A stretch of DNA of 64,000 bases, taken from assembly GCA_038210445.1 (NCBI GenBank), contig JBBQWQ010000021.1, positions 53,681 to 117,680 on the forward strand, written 5' to 3'. Both the position numbers and the translations under genes were made by a program. The DNA comes from Polyangiales bacterium (GTDB lineage: Bacteria; Myxococcota_A; Polyangia; Polyangiales; Polyangiaceae). The notes below the pieces were generated by a model. The model ran no database searches. It was not told the DNA's origin and saw nothing but the letters and a program-made list of their open reading frames with translations. Of the stretch, positions 51,695 through 61,884 are shown piece by piece (the stretch's first letter is position 1; each line of letters starts with the position of its first letter).

Positions 51695-52171
51695 CTAACC
51701 TCTCCGCGCCGCTTCGATGCGCGCCACGTCGATCTTCTTCATGGGCATCATGGCCGCGAAAGCGCGCTTCGCCTCGGGCCCGCCTGCGGCCATCGCCTCG
51801 GTCAACGTGCGCGGCGTAATTTGCCACGAGATCCCCCAGCGGTCCTTGCACCATCCGCACTGGCTCTCCTGGCCACCGTTGCCCACGATGGCGTCCCAGT
51901 AGCGGTCCGTTTCTTCCTGGTTCTCGGTCGCGATCTGAAACGAGAACGCCTCGCTGTGTCGGAATCGAGGACCGCCGTTGAGCCCCAGGCAAGGGATGCC
52001 GAGGACCGTGAATTCGACGGTCAGCACGTCGCCTTCCTTGCCATCGGGGTAGTCGGTGGGCGCCTTGTGCGCCGCGGTGATCTCGCTGTTGGGAAACGTC
52101 GCCGCGTAGAAGCGCGCGGCCACTTCGGCGTCTCGTTCGAACCAGAGGCAGATGGTGTTCTTGTGGGGCAT
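51695..52171 (-). CDS. VOC/glyoxalase-fold protein, PhnB/3-demethylubiquinone-9 methyltransferase-like family
   Basis: ATG 52171 with AAAGGAAC upstream. MPHKNTICLWFERDAEVAARFY...GWCKDRWGISWQI matches the PhnB-like family. The rest of the listed 780-aa ORF is antisense to the next gene. Confidence 0.7.
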   Translation of the reverse strand: MPHKNTICLWFERDAEVAARFYAATFPNSEITAAHKAPTDYPDGKEGDVLTVEFTVLGIPCLGLNGGPRFRHSEAFSFQIATENQEETDRYWDAIVGNGGQESQCGWCKDRWGISWQITPRTLTEAMAAGGPEAKRAFAAMMPMKKIDVARIEAARRG

Positions 52172-52414
52172 TTCGAGGTTCCTTTCGTGCGTCGACCGTA
52201 CGATTCGGGGCGAGAATCGCACGCGTTCGGGGCGCGCGGGCCGGCAATGGGCCGCCCCCCACGGGCTCGTGTCACGGGCGGCGCTTTGGTGCCACCGCTG
52301 CGCAACGCGATGCGCTATCGATACCGCTCGGGTTGCGTCGGCGACGGTTTCGTGGAAAAGGTGCAGGATTGCGGCGCTGTAATCCAGCGCCCAACTTGCC
52401 CAGCGAGCGTGTCG

Positions 52415-54067
52415 ATGTCCCGTGTAGCGGTCCTTGGTTGCCTGATTGGTCTCTCGGCTGCTTCCGGCTGGGCATGTTCTTCGAGCGGCGGCGCCACTCC
52501 GGCTCCGGCCGGGCAAGACGCGGGCGTCCCCGACGGCGAAGTGCAGCCCGACGCCGGCCCCGCCTGCACCGGAACCTCGGCCGAGTGCGCGAGCGCCTGG
52601 GAGCAACGGGCCTCCGACCGCTTCGACGCGGTGGTGGGCGCCCCGGCCGACCTGGCCGCGTTCGCCAAGGCCGTGCCCAAGGGCGGCGATCTGCACAACC
52701 ACCTGAGCGGCGCGGTGTACGCCGAAACGTACCTCGACTGGGGCAAGGCCGACGGCGACTGCGTCAACAGCACGAGCTTCGCAGCCGTGTACGGCAACCA
52801 GTGCTCGGCCGCCACGCAACCGGCGCCCACCTCGGGCGCGTTCTTCGAGCAGATTCTCAAGGCGTGGAGCATGAAAGACTTCGTGCCCGGCGCAGAGACC
52901 GGCCACGATCACTTCTTCGCCACCTTCGGAAAGTACGGCGCCATCGCCGGCGCCCATCGCGACGACAGCATCGCCGACGTGCTCAACCGCGCCGCCGACG
53001 AGAACCAGCTCTACGTCGAGACCATGTTCAACCTCGGCAAGAACGTGGGCACCCTGGCCGCGTCGTTGTTCTCCGGAAGCGTCACCGCCGATGCCTTGCC
53101 TGGCTTTTACGACACCCTCACCACCAACGCCGGCTTCAACGCCCAGGTCGACGCCGACGCGGCTGCGGTGAATTCCGCGGGCGCCGCCTACAAGAACGTC
53201 CTCGGGTGCAACGGCGCGAGCCCGGCGCCGGGCTGCAAAGTGGGCGTGCGCTTCGTGGCGCAGGTGTCGCGCACCGGCGCCAACGACACCATCTTTGGTC
53301 AGCTGGTGAGCGCCTACGAGATGGCGGCCAAGACCGGGCAAATCGTTGCCGTGAACCTCTCCTCGCCGGAAGACGACACCACCTCGCTGCGGAACTACGA
53401 TCTGCACATGGCGATGCTCGACTTCTTGTACGCCAAGTACACGGCGACCAAGAAGAGCCCGCTCCACGTCACGCTGCACGCCGGCGAGCTCACGCCGCAG
53501 TTCCTGCCTGCCGCCTACGCCGACGCCAACACCTACCATGTGCGCCACGCCATCGACGCAGGCCACGCCGAGCGCATCGGCCACGGCATCGACGTGCTGA
53601 GCGAGACCGACGCGCCCACCCTCCTCGCCGACATGCGCGCCCGCAACGTGCTGGTCGAGGTGTGCCTCAGCAGCAACGCGCAGATCCTGGAAGTCGCCGG
53701 CGCCAAGCACCCGCTCGGCGAGTACCTGAAGGCAGGCGTTCCGGTGGCCCTCGCCACCGACGATCAGGGCGTTTCGCGCTCGAGCCTCGCCGGCGAGTAC
53801 GTGCGCGCGGCCACCGACCAGAAGCTCACCTACCGTCAGCTCAAAACCATGGCGCGCAACAGCCTCGAGCACGCGTTCCTCCCCGGCGACAGCCTGTGGA
53901 CCGCAGTCGCAGAAGGGAAACCCGTGGCCGATTGCGCCGCCGACGCGACGACCGCAGTGGGCGACGCCCCGAGCGAAGCCTGCAAGACCTTCCTGGGCAA
54001 GAGCGAGCGCGCCGCGATGCAGTGGGAGCTGGAGCACCGCTTCCTCGACTTCGAGAGCAAGCAGTAG
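52415..54067 (+). CDS. secreted adenosine/AMP-deaminase-family metallohydrolase (lipoprotein signal)
   Basis: ATG 52415. Signal and lipobox (VLGCLIGLSAASGWACSS). The amidohydrolase and adenosine-deaminase motifs are KGGDLHNHLSG, HVTLHAGE and ALATDDQG. Confidence 0.7.
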   Translation: MSRVAVLGCLIGLSAASGWACSSSGGATPAPAGQDAGVPDGEVQPDAGPACTGTSAECASAWEQRASDRFDAVVGAPADLAAFAKAVPKGGDLHNHLSGAVYAETYLDWGKADGDCVNSTSFAAVYGNQCSAATQPAPTSGAFFEQILKAWSMKDFVPGAETGHDHFFATFGKYGAIAGAHRDDSIADVLNRAADENQLYVETMFNLGKNVGTLAASLFSGSVTADALPGFYDTLTTNAGFNAQVDADAAAVNSAGAAYKNVLGCNGASPAPGCKVGVRFVAQVSRTGANDTIFGQLVSAYEMAAKTGQIVAVNLSSPEDDTTSLRNYDLHMAMLDFLYAKYTATKKSPLHVTLHAGELTPQFLPAAYADANTYHVRHAIDAGHAERIGHGIDVLSETDAPTLLADMRARNVLVEVCLSSNAQILEVAGAKHPLGEYLKAGVPVALATDDQGVSRSSLAGEYVRAATDQKLTYRQLKTMARNSLEHAFLPGDSLWTAVAEGKPVADCAADATTAVGDAPSEACKTFLGKSERAAMQWELEHRFLDFESKQ

Positions 54068-54105
54068 CGTCGCGAGCGACCCCGCTGCTCGTGTATGTTG
54101 GCTTC

Positions 54106-54876
54106 ATGAATGCGAGCTTCCGATGCGTGGTGGCCGGCGCACTTGTCGCGACCGTCGCGACCGTCGCGACCGCGTGCGACTCCTTCGGCACGGAGCCACC
54201 GGCGGCCATGCAAGACGCGGGTGCCGACGTGGGCAAGGCCCTCGGCCCCTTCTGCTCTCAAGCCGGGGCTGTCACGTTCTGCGACGAGTTCGACCGCCTC
54301 GAACCACTCGGCGGCGGCTGGACGACCCGCAATGTGATTCCCGGTGCCTCGCTGGCGATCCTCGCCGAAGGCGGTCGCGGAAGTTTGCAGGCAACGGTGC
54401 CCGCCTTTGCCGGCGAGGGCTTCGCGCGCTTGGAAAAGCTGGTAGCGATTTCGCCCACGCGCGTGGCCCTGGAGCTTGAGCTGCGCTTCGATGCGTCGCC
54501 AGAGGCGCCGACCCAAGCGATGGCACTCTACTTCGGAAACGTGGCCTCGCTGACCCTCCTCTTGACACCGGGAGCGGCGGGAGGTCCCGGCAAGACCAGC
54601 GTGGTGGAGCAGACCTTCGGGGCCTCGGCTGCGACCGTTCCGCACGATCTGCCGGTGGGGCTCACGCCGGGCGGCGCGCGGCGCGTGCGATTGGCGGTCG
54701 ACTTGGCGCAGCGCAAGCTCGACGTGCGGGTCGACGGGACGCCTGTTCTCGCAGACATGCTGACGCTGACGTTTCCCGCCGCCGATAGGGTGACCGCGCT
54801 GGTGGGCGTCGTCTATGCGAACCCCACCCAACCCTTCACGGCGCGCATCCGCAACGTCTTGCTCGACGTGAAGTAA
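54106..54876 (+). CDS. lipoprotein of unknown function
   Basis: ATG 54106. A VATVATVATA signal peptide followed by a Cys after it. Confidence 0.5.
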   Translation: MNASFRCVVAGALVATVATVATACDSFGTEPPAAMQDAGADVGKALGPFCSQAGAVTFCDEFDRLEPLGGGWTTRNVIPGASLAILAEGGRGSLQATVPAFAGEGFARLEKLVAISPTRVALELELRFDASPEAPTQAMALYFGNVASLTLLLTPGAAGGPGKTSVVEQTFGASAATVPHDLPVGLTPGGARRVRLAVDLAQRKLDVRVDGTPVLADMLTLTFPAADRVTALVGVVYANPTQPFTARIRNVLLDVK

Positions 54877-54897
54877 GCGTGCACAGTTCGCGCGCCG

Positions 54898-56382
54898 ATG
54901 CAGAGTCGCCGCGCGCACTCCCAGCGATTCTCGATCCGGCGCGAGTGGCCGTTCTTCGCGGCCGCGCTCCTGGTGGGCGCGATCGCCGCCATCTTTCACG
55001 AGCCGTGGCGCGACGAAGCGCAGACCGTTCTGGTGGGGCGATTGCCACTGGGCGAAATCTTCCACGTGGCGCGCATCGAAGGCGTACCGCCGGGAATCTT
55101 CCTCATCATGAAGGTGGTGGGCGGCGCCTTCGGCAACCTTAGCCTGGCGGTGCTCGCAGGCGCCGGCTACGCCGTGCTCTTGCGGGGCATCTTTCACCTG
55201 ACGCGTGCGCTCACGAGCGCCCGCGCCGCGTGGATGACCACGGGCCTTCTGGCGCTGTCGTACCCTTGCCTCTTCGAGGGCGGCCTCGTGGCCCGGCAGT
55301 ACGGCCTGGCGCACGGCATCGCCCTCACCGGCTGGGCCGCGTCGCTCGCGTACGCGCGCGCCCGCCGTGGGCACCTGGCGCCGCTTCTCTTCGCGGCCAC
55401 TGCCTGCGGGCTCCTCAACCTGCACGCGTCGCTGCTGGTGGCCTCGGCCATCGCGGTGGCCGTGGGTGTGCGCGCGGTGCGCGTTCGGAGCTTCGCGCCG
55501 CTGGTGCAGGGTCTCGCCTGCGCCCCGGGCCCGTTGCTGGCGCTCGTCTTCGCGCTGCCCCACGCGGAGCGATCGATGCACATGAACGAGAGCGCCGGGC
55601 TCCTCGACGTTCGCTTCGTCTCGGTGGCGCGGGTATGGCGGCGTGCGTTTTTTCAGGCCGAGGGCACGTGGATGCTGCCGGAGTGGCCCTCGGCGTCGCT
55701 CGTCGATGGCCTGGAGCTCCCCACGTTTGCCGGCATGGCGGCGCTCGTGCTCTTCGTCCTTGTGCGACGCGACCGCAAGGCGGCGCTGTTCGGCCTGGGC
55801 TGGGCGCTGGCCTCGGCCGCCCTCACCTACACGTTCGTCACCCGGACCGGTGCACATTACAGGCATCTGGTCTTCATCGCGCTGCCGGCTGCAGCTGCGC
55901 TCGTGGCCGTCGCCCTGCAGCTCGCGCGAACCCGCTCCGCGCTCGGGCTCCCCGCGCTGGGGCTCCTTGTGCCATGGGTGCTCCTGCTGAATGGCCTGGG
56001 CCTGGGTACGCTCGCCGAGGATGTGCAAAAGCCGTTCGCCTCGGCCCGGAGCCAGGCCACGGTGTTTCCACCGGGCGCACAGCTGGTAGCCTCCACCGGC
56101 GCGCCCATCGCGATTCTCTACTACCGGCCCGACCTGGTGTTTCGCGCGGCCACCAACGGGGGGCGCCCGATGCGTCACCTGCTGCCCGACCGCACCTTCT
56201 TCACGCAGGTAGAGGGCACCACGCTGGCAAAGCAGGCCTGCGGCGACACCCACCTGGGCCGCATCTGGACCAGCGATCTCTACGTGTACCAGGAGTGCGC
56301 CACCGGTCTCATCGCCGGCCAGGGTCGCGTGGAAGCCTGGACCTGGTACGTCCTCGACTGCGGTTGCGTCGCCGCCCGCTAG
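54898..56382 (+). CDS. polytopic membrane protein (glycosyltransferase-39/DUF2029-like topology), unknown function
   Basis: 494 aa with 10 or more hydrophobic segments and a C-terminal Cys-containing soluble domain. Confidence 0.5.
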   Translation: MQSRRAHSQRFSIRREWPFFAAALLVGAIAAIFHEPWRDEAQTVLVGRLPLGEIFHVARIEGVPPGIFLIMKVVGGAFGNLSLAVLAGAGYAVLLRGIFHLTRALTSARAAWMTTGLLALSYPCLFEGGLVARQYGLAHGIALTGWAASLAYARARRGHLAPLLFAATACGLLNLHASLLVASAIAVAVGVRAVRVRSFAPLVQGLACAPGPLLALVFALPHAERSMHMNESAGLLDVRFVSVARVWRRAFFQAEGTWMLPEWPSASLVDGLELPTFAGMAALVLFVLVRRDRKAALFGLGWALASAALTYTFVTRTGAHYRHLVFIALPAAAALVAVALQLARTRSALGLPALGLLVPWVLLLNGLGLGTLAEDVQKPFASARSQATVFPPGAQLVASTGAPIAILYYRPDLVFRAATNGGRPMRHLLPDRTFFTQVEGTTLAKQACGDTHLGRIWTSDLYVYQECATGLIAGQGRVEAWTWYVLDCGCVAAR

Positions 56383-56432
56383 AGCTCGTCGGGGCTCTGG
56401 CCAAGAGGCCCGGCTTGGCCTAGCCTCCTCTC

Positions 56433-57434
56433 ATGGGGAGAGCAACGTTGCCGGGGCTGCTGGGGTGGGCGCTCGCATGCGGCGCATGCGCAGCAGCGGG
56501 CGCTGGAAGCGGCAGCGGCAGCCAAACGACCGCGGACGCGGGAACGACCTTCGACGCCGGCGCGGCCGACGCCGCGCAGCTCGTCGACGCGCGAGCACAT
56601 CAGGCGTTGGTCGACAACTGCGCGCTGCTCGATCCCGCACGCTGCCCGGCGCCGTACAAGTCTCCGAGCTACGCATGCGACGCAGGGCCTCTTGCCTTCT
56701 CCCCCCTCGACGATCCGCCCGCCGATTGGACGCTGGAGGCCGACGGTTTTCATACGCCGAGCGGTCCCGTGTATTGCTCGACGACCCACCGCGACGTGTG
56801 CGCGAAGCTCAGCTACGAGGCCGAGCTGTGCAATCGAGTCGTCACCGAGCCGTGTCCTCCGGGCGGCTGCGCGCCCGATCCGTGGGTGTACCCACCCGAC
56901 ACGCGTGCGTCGGTGGGCTTATCTGCGGCCGAGCGCTGCGCGGCCACCGGCCAGGGTCTCTTCTGCGGACCGTCGGGCGCGGCAACGCTCCTGGTCCCCG
57001 GCAGCTTCCGCCTCGTTCTGGCGCTCCGCGGAGGCGCGGTCATCGCCCTGGGCGACGGCGGGCTTGCGTATCACGTCGACACGGCAAAGCACGTCACGCG
57101 CCTCTCCGCGGGTACCGGAGATTTCGTGGGCGTCACCGGCGACGGTCACGCGTGGGCCGCCACTACCCGAGAGGGGCAGCTGGTCATCGGCGAAGGCGCC
57201 GACGCCGCTGCGTGCGCGCTGGCGGAGCACGCAGCCTTCCTGGTCACGCTGTACGCAAACATGTACTTTGCAACCAAAGAAGGCACGGTGGCGCGCATTC
57301 GATCCCCCGAATGCACCCGCGTTCCGGAACCCATTCAAGGGCTCGGGGCACAGTACTGCGGCATCGCCGCTGGCCCCATCGTGTACGGCAAAACCCACGC
57401 CTACTTCCCTCGCGCGGGCTGCGCCTACGATTGA
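56433..57434 (+). CDS. secreted Cys-rich protein of unknown function
   Basis: Signal peptide with lipobox (LLGWALACGAC). About 20 Cys. Confidence 0.5.
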   Translation: MGRATLPGLLGWALACGACAAAGAGSGSGSQTTADAGTTFDAGAADAAQLVDARAHQALVDNCALLDPARCPAPYKSPSYACDAGPLAFSPLDDPPADWTLEADGFHTPSGPVYCSTTHRDVCAKLSYEAELCNRVVTEPCPPGGCAPDPWVYPPDTRASVGLSAAERCAATGQGLFCGPSGAATLLVPGSFRLVLALRGGAVIALGDGGLAYHVDTAKHVTRLSAGTGDFVGVTGDGHAWAATTREGQLVIGEGADAAACALAEHAAFLVTLYANMYFATKEGTVARIRSPECTRVPEPIQGLGAQYCGIAAGPIVYGKTHAYFPRAGCAYD

Positions 57435-57476
57435 CGATTTCGTGACGGATAGCGAACGACCTCGGCAATAGTCCGC

Positions 57477-58361
57477 ATGCGCCTCCTCTTCTCGGCCGCG
57501 ATCCCCGCGCTGGTCCTCCTCTCGTTTGCCTGCAAAACCACCTCCGAATCCTCTGAAGCGGGCGCCGCGGCGGGGCAACCGACCCTGCGATCTGCAGCCG
57601 CCCCCTCCTCCGCAGCCTCGGTCGTTCCCGTGCCGCCCGCGTTCGCCGGCCCCCTCACGGTGGAGCGCGTGGCGTCGGCGCAGGGCGTGGTCCAGGGAAT
57701 GAAGCCCTACGGTGACGCCTACGGAAATCTGCTGAGCCTGCTGGGCCCGCCCACCAAAACGGTGTCGAAGAGCCACGCCCTCGTCGGCAAGAAGCAAGAT
57801 CAGTATCAGTGGGCAGCGCAAGACGGCCACGCCTGCGCCGTGTACTTCGCCATTCAGATCCCCGACGTGCTAGGCGGCCGCGGCATGCTCACCGAAGACA
57901 GCGGGAGCGAGAAGGTCGAGATGCCGGCCAAGGTCAGCTCCGACAACTTCGAAGAGAACGACAAGCTGTGGCGGGCGTGGGACGCGTACGCAAAGTGCCT
58001 GACCATCCTCGGTCAGAAGCCAGGACTCCCTCCTGACGATCCCAAGGGCCAAGGCCCCAAGGCCACCATTACCAAACCCCAGCTCGCCGCGGGTCTCGCT
58101 TCCGCACCGAGCAAGTGGATCGGCAAAAGGGTCACGGTGATCGGCACCTACGAGTCCATCTCCCGGGGCCAGAACATGCTGATAGGCATGCTCGGCGATT
58201 CCGATCCCAAGAAGTTGCTGCGCTGCAAAGTCCCCGCAGGCTCGACGCCGCCCGAGCAAAAGGGTGCAAAGGCGAAGATCGCCGTCACCGGTACCGTGAA
58301 CGATCCGCGCCCTTGGGGAGAAGAGGACGCCGATCTCTTCGACTGCAAGCCGGCCCCGTAG
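57477..58361 (+). CDS. lipoprotein of unknown function
   Basis: Lipobox LLSFACKTT, then a Pro/Ala-rich linker and a globular domain. Confidence 0.5.
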   Translation: MRLLFSAAIPALVLLSFACKTTSESSEAGAAAGQPTLRSAAAPSSAASVVPVPPAFAGPLTVERVASAQGVVQGMKPYGDAYGNLLSLLGPPTKTVSKSHALVGKKQDQYQWAAQDGHACAVYFAIQIPDVLGGRGMLTEDSGSEKVEMPAKVSSDNFEENDKLWRAWDAYAKCLTILGQKPGLPPDDPKGQGPKATITKPQLAAGLASAPSKWIGKRVTVIGTYESISRGQNMLIGMLGDSDPKKLLRCKVPAGSTPPEQKGAKAKIAVTGTVNDPRPWGEEDADLFDCKPAP

Positions 58362-58716
58362 CCTGTCAGTGCGCGCGGCAGCCAGCGGGCCTACACGAAG
58401 GCGGCCAGAACTTCTCCTGACACTCCGGCGCCTAGCAGCGGCAGTCGTCGGCGGTGCAGGCGTGCCGGGCGTGGCGACCTTGCCCGCCTGGTCTACCGGC
58501 ACCAGATCGCATGCATTGCCGCTGCTGTGGGGCGTGGCGTGGCGCCGGGCCAGGCGAGCTTGAGGTCCTGCGGGTTCTTGTCCTTCATAATGAAGTAGCA
58601 CTCGACCTTGCTGTCGCGAACGCCATCGCGCCAGCAGTTGTTGACCTGGATCGAATAGTTGTACTTTGCACGGTCGGACTACGCCCGGGTTGCGCCCGGA
58701 GCGCGCCCGCTCCTCT

Positions 58717-59574
58717 TCAGTTGCAGGGTGCGCCGCCACACACGGCGACGCCGGTGGCGCGGAACGAAGTGGGGTCCGACTGGGTGGGGCGAACGGCGAA
58801 GTACGTGCCCACACCACCTGCGGCCAGCACCGCAGCGCCAACCACCCAGAACCACGGGCTGGCGAGCACGCTCTTGTCGCTCTTGCGCGCGGTCGCCGCG
58901 TCGGCGGCGGCGATCGCGGTCTTGGGCGACTCGGGATTGCCATCTTCGAAGACAACGCTGTCCTTCGCGTCGAATACTTGAACGTAGTAGTCGAGGCGGG
59001 TAGCCCCAGCCGGCGGCGCGGAGACGTCGACTTGCGTATCGCCCAGACGCGCCGACGTCACCAGGTACTCACGTGCGGGAGCCCAGCGGTACCCCGTGGC
59101 CACGCGCACCGCAACCTCGCTGGGGTCGCGGGTTTGAACGCGAATCGCGCCCAGCGCCCCCACGTGGAGCGAAGCGGTGGTCTCTACGCCGGGTCGCTTC
59201 GACTGGGCTTTCCAGTAGCCGCGCGCCTCGGCGAAGGGCTCCTGAAACTTGGGCCCCAGCTTGGTGTCGACCTTGAAGTCCGGATCGTAGGCCAGCAGCA
59301 AGGTGTATGCGTCGCGCGCGGCGTCGGGCTTGTCGAGGGCGGCGTTCGACAGCGCGATGATGCGCACCGTGCGCTGGAGCTGCTCGTGGGTCAGGCCTCC
59401 CTGCTCCCGAAGCCGCTCGGCCTGTTGCCGCGCTTGCGCGTAGTCGAGCGCGGTATAGGCCTTTTCGGCGGCGGCGATCTCAGCCTGGGCGCGCGGGTTG
59501 TTCGCCGCGTGGCCGACGCCGGCCGCGAGGAGAGTCGTCGAGAAAAGGAGAATGATAACCAGACTGCGAATCAT
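58717..59574 (-). CDS. secreted TPR-like protein with C-terminal TM anchor
   Basis: ATG 59574 (MIRSLVIILLFSTTLLAAGVGHA), helical repeats and a C-terminal WFWVVGAAVLAAGGVG segment. It lies 16 nt downstream of the kinase gene. Confidence 0.5.
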   Translation of the reverse strand: MIRSLVIILLFSTTLLAAGVGHAANNPRAQAEIAAAEKAYTALDYAQARQQAERLREQGGLTHEQLQRTVRIIALSNAALDKPDAARDAYTLLLAYDPDFKVDTKLGPKFQEPFAEARGYWKAQSKRPGVETTASLHVGALGAIRVQTRDPSEVAVRVATGYRWAPAREYLVTSARLGDTQVDVSAPPAGATRLDYYVQVFDAKDSVVFEDGNPESPKTAIAAADAATARKSDKSVLASPWFWVVGAAVLAAGGVGTYFAVRPTQSDPTSFRATGVAVCGGAPCN

Positions 59575-59590
59575 ACGGGCACGGCCTCGA

Positions 59591-61408
59591 TTAGAATGCC
59601 AAACGACGAGAAACCAGCTCACCACTCTTGATCGTCACCGTGGTCGTCTGGTGAACGTTCTCCGCCGGGTTGTCGAGCGAGAGGACGTGGGTGCCCGGCG
59701 AGAGCGAAGCGCGCACCACCGGGGTATTGCCGATCACCCGCCCCCCCTCCGTGACCCGCGTCCATGGGTAGGTGTCGATGGTGAGAAACCCCGGCTCCCG
59801 GGGCGCGGCGGTAGCGGGCTCCGGCTTGGGCTCTGCAGCCGACGAGGCTGCGGCTGAGGCCGACGGCAAACCGGGCTGCGGACGCCCGCCGGCGACCGGC
59901 TGCGGCCACTGCACCTTGCGCGTCCCGCTGGGGGGCGCGACCAGCTCGCCGCGACGCGGGGCGGCCGACGGGAGATCCTGTGGGCCGGAGGACTGCGGCA
60001 AAGCCGCCAGAGGGGCGGGCGCGGTGCCAGGCGCGGTTGGCGCTTCGGTCGCCACCTTGCCTGGGTCGTTGGCCGGGCGCCGCAGCGCGAAGAACGCCGC
60101 GAGACCACCGAGGGTCAGAAGCAGGAGGAGAAGCGGCACGGGCCAGAGCGCACGGCGGCGGTCGGGGGCCGACGCCACGGTGCCGCTCTGCGGAGGCGCC
60201 TCGTCGACGGTCGTGTTGCGCGTCGAGCCCGAGGGCGGCGGCGTGCTCGTGAGTGTGGGCGCGCTCGAGAGCTGATCGAGATCGGTGAGCATGTCGAGAC
60301 GCGCGATGCTGCGAATGCGGCTGTCGGGGTTGGAGTGCGCCGACTTGAGCTCACTCGAAATGCGCAGGCCGAGGCGCTTTCGCTGCTCCGCGAAGTGCTT
60401 GTTCACGTAGACGCCCACGTCCTCGAGCGAGACCGCCTCCGGCGCTTCGCGCAGGTACGCCTCGAGGGCCTGCTTCATCTCGAGCGCAGAGGCGAAGCGG
60501 TTTTCGGGGAGCTTCTCCAGCGCCTTGGCGAGCAACGCCTCCAGGGCCGGGTCGATGCTCGGAAGTGCGCTCGAAGCCTTGGGCGCCGGAAGGTTCGGGT
60601 TCACCAGCGACAGCAGCGAGCTGAGGTCGTTCTCGGCGGGAAAGAGCCGCGCGCCGGTGATGAGCTCCCACATCACGACCCCCACCGAGAACACGTCGGC
60701 GCGGCGGTCGACGGTGACGGTAGAGGAAACCTGCTCCGGCGCCATGTAGCGCACTTTGCCTTTGAGAATGCCCGCTTCGGTCTGCGAGGTTTGGAGCGCG
60801 CCCTTGGCGATACCGAAGTCGAGCAAGCGAACCCGGCCGTCGTAGCCGACCATGATGTTCTGCGGGCTCACGTCGCGATGCACGATATTGAGCGGCTCAC
60901 CCGAGTAGTCGCGCATCTCGTGGGCGTAGTGAAGCCCGGAGAGCACCTCGACCATGACGCGACACACCTGCGCCGACGAAAGCACATCGCTTTGCTTTCG
61001 CCCCACGCGGTTCAGTGCCTGGAGGGTATGTCCTTCCAGATACTCCATGACCATGAACAGGTTGCCCTGCTCCTCGCCCGCCTCGTACATCTGTACAATA
61101 CACGGATGATTCAGCTGGGTGGTCAGCCGGGCTTCGTCGAAGAACATCGAACGAAATCGCTCTTCGTTCTCCGACCCCACGTCGGCGCGCATGCGCTTGA
61201 TGACCACCACCTTGCCGACGCCGGCCGTACCCTCGGCGATGGCGAGAAAGATGTCGGCCATTCCGCCGCGCCCGAGCCGGGCGAACGCTCGATAGCGGCG
61301 CAGCAGCTCCGGCGCGCGAACGCCATCGTTCCCCTCGCCCTCCGATGGCGCGTCGGGACCGTTTCCCACGACCAACGCGTCTACTTTCCGCACGAGCGAC
61401 CTCCGCAC
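59591..61408 (-). CDS. Ser/Thr protein kinase with TM segment and C-terminal PEGA domain
   Basis: Hanks motifs (GRGGMADIF, VVIKRM, HRDVSPQNIM, DFGIAK, APEQ). TM segment LWPVPLLLLLLTLGGLAAFFAL. C-terminal PEGA-like beta-sandwich (TIDTYPWTRVTEGGRVIGNTPV...SPGTHVLSL). The listed ATG 61408 overlaps the upstream lipoprotein stop by 28 nt; an in-frame GTG at 61390 would cut the overlap to 10 nt. Confidence 0.85.
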   Translation of the reverse strand: MRRSLVRKVDALVVGNGPDAPSEGEGNDGVRAPELLRRYRAFARLGRGGMADIFLAIAEGTAGVGKVVVIKRMRADVGSENEERFRSMFFDEARLTTQLNHPCIVQMYEAGEEQGNLFMVMEYLEGHTLQALNRVGRKQSDVLSSAQVCRVMVEVLSGLHYAHEMRDYSGEPLNIVHRDVSPQNIMVGYDGRVRLLDFGIAKGALQTSQTEAGILKGKVRYMAPEQVSSTVTVDRRADVFSVGVVMWELITGARLFPAENDLSSLLSLVNPNLPAPKASSALPSIDPALEALLAKALEKLPENRFASALEMKQALEAYLREAPEAVSLEDVGVYVNKHFAEQRKRLGLRISSELKSAHSNPDSRIRSIARLDMLTDLDQLSSAPTLTSTPPPSGSTRNTTVDEAPPQSGTVASAPDRRRALWPVPLLLLLLTLGGLAAFFALRRPANDPGKVATEAPTAPGTAPAPLAALPQSSGPQDLPSAAPRRGELVAPPSGTRKVQWPQPVAGGRPQPGLPSASAAASSAAEPKPEPATAAPREPGFLTIDTYPWTRVTEGGRVIGNTPVVRASLSPGTHVLSLDNPAENVHQTTTVTIKSGELVSRRLAF

Positions 61409-61884
61409 TTGTCGGCCAACGTGCAGTCGGTCGGAGGAATCGGGCGCGCAAAGTCGAAGATGGTGAGGCGCACCGGCAGTACTTCGACCTTGCCGTTGAA
61501 GGTTTGGTTGGCGCAGCCGATGAGCAGCTCCGACGTGCCCGCGGTGCCCACCGCGAGCAGCGTGTACTCACCGAAGGGCAGGGCCAGGGTCGCATTCGCC
61601 AACTGACAGGGAGAGACCGCGCTTGTCTCGCTCACCGGCGGGGTGGCCCACGAAGAGGGGGGACCATAGCTGGAGATGAGGCCCGAGCAGTCGAGGCGAC
61701 CGGAGAATGCGTATACTTGCACGCGGTCGGTAGCTACCGCAGCGGCGCGCGAAGGGAACTCCACCGAGTAGCGTAGCGCAACGGGGTCGCCCGCGGTGGA
61801 GCTACAGGCCAGGGCGAGCAAGAGCGGGCACGCGGCGATCACGCGCCCAAGCCCAAGCCCAAGCCCAAGAATGCGGCTCTTCAT
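61381..61884 (-). CDS. lipoprotein of unknown function
   Basis: MKSRILGLGLGLGRVIAACPLLLALACSS, a lipobox signal peptide containing a (GL)n repeat. Its start overlaps the stop of the solute-binding-protein gene (ATGA). Confidence 0.5.
   Translation of the reverse strand: MKSRILGLGLGLGRVIAACPLLLALACSSTAGDPVALRYSVEFPSRAAAVATDRVQVYAFSGRLDCSGLISSYGPPSSWATPPVSETSAVSPCQLANATLALPFGEYTLLAVGTAGTSELLIGCANQTFNGKVEVLPVRLTIFDFARPIPPTDCTLADKCGGRSCGK

Noticed and set aside
51389-52414. Upstream part of the 892-aa plus ORF and the 780-aa minus ORF 51695-54037
   Set aside because: The region resolves into the PhnB-like gene (51695-52171, minus) and the adenosine-deaminase-family gene (52415-54067, plus). The remainders are mutually antisense low-complexity sequence.
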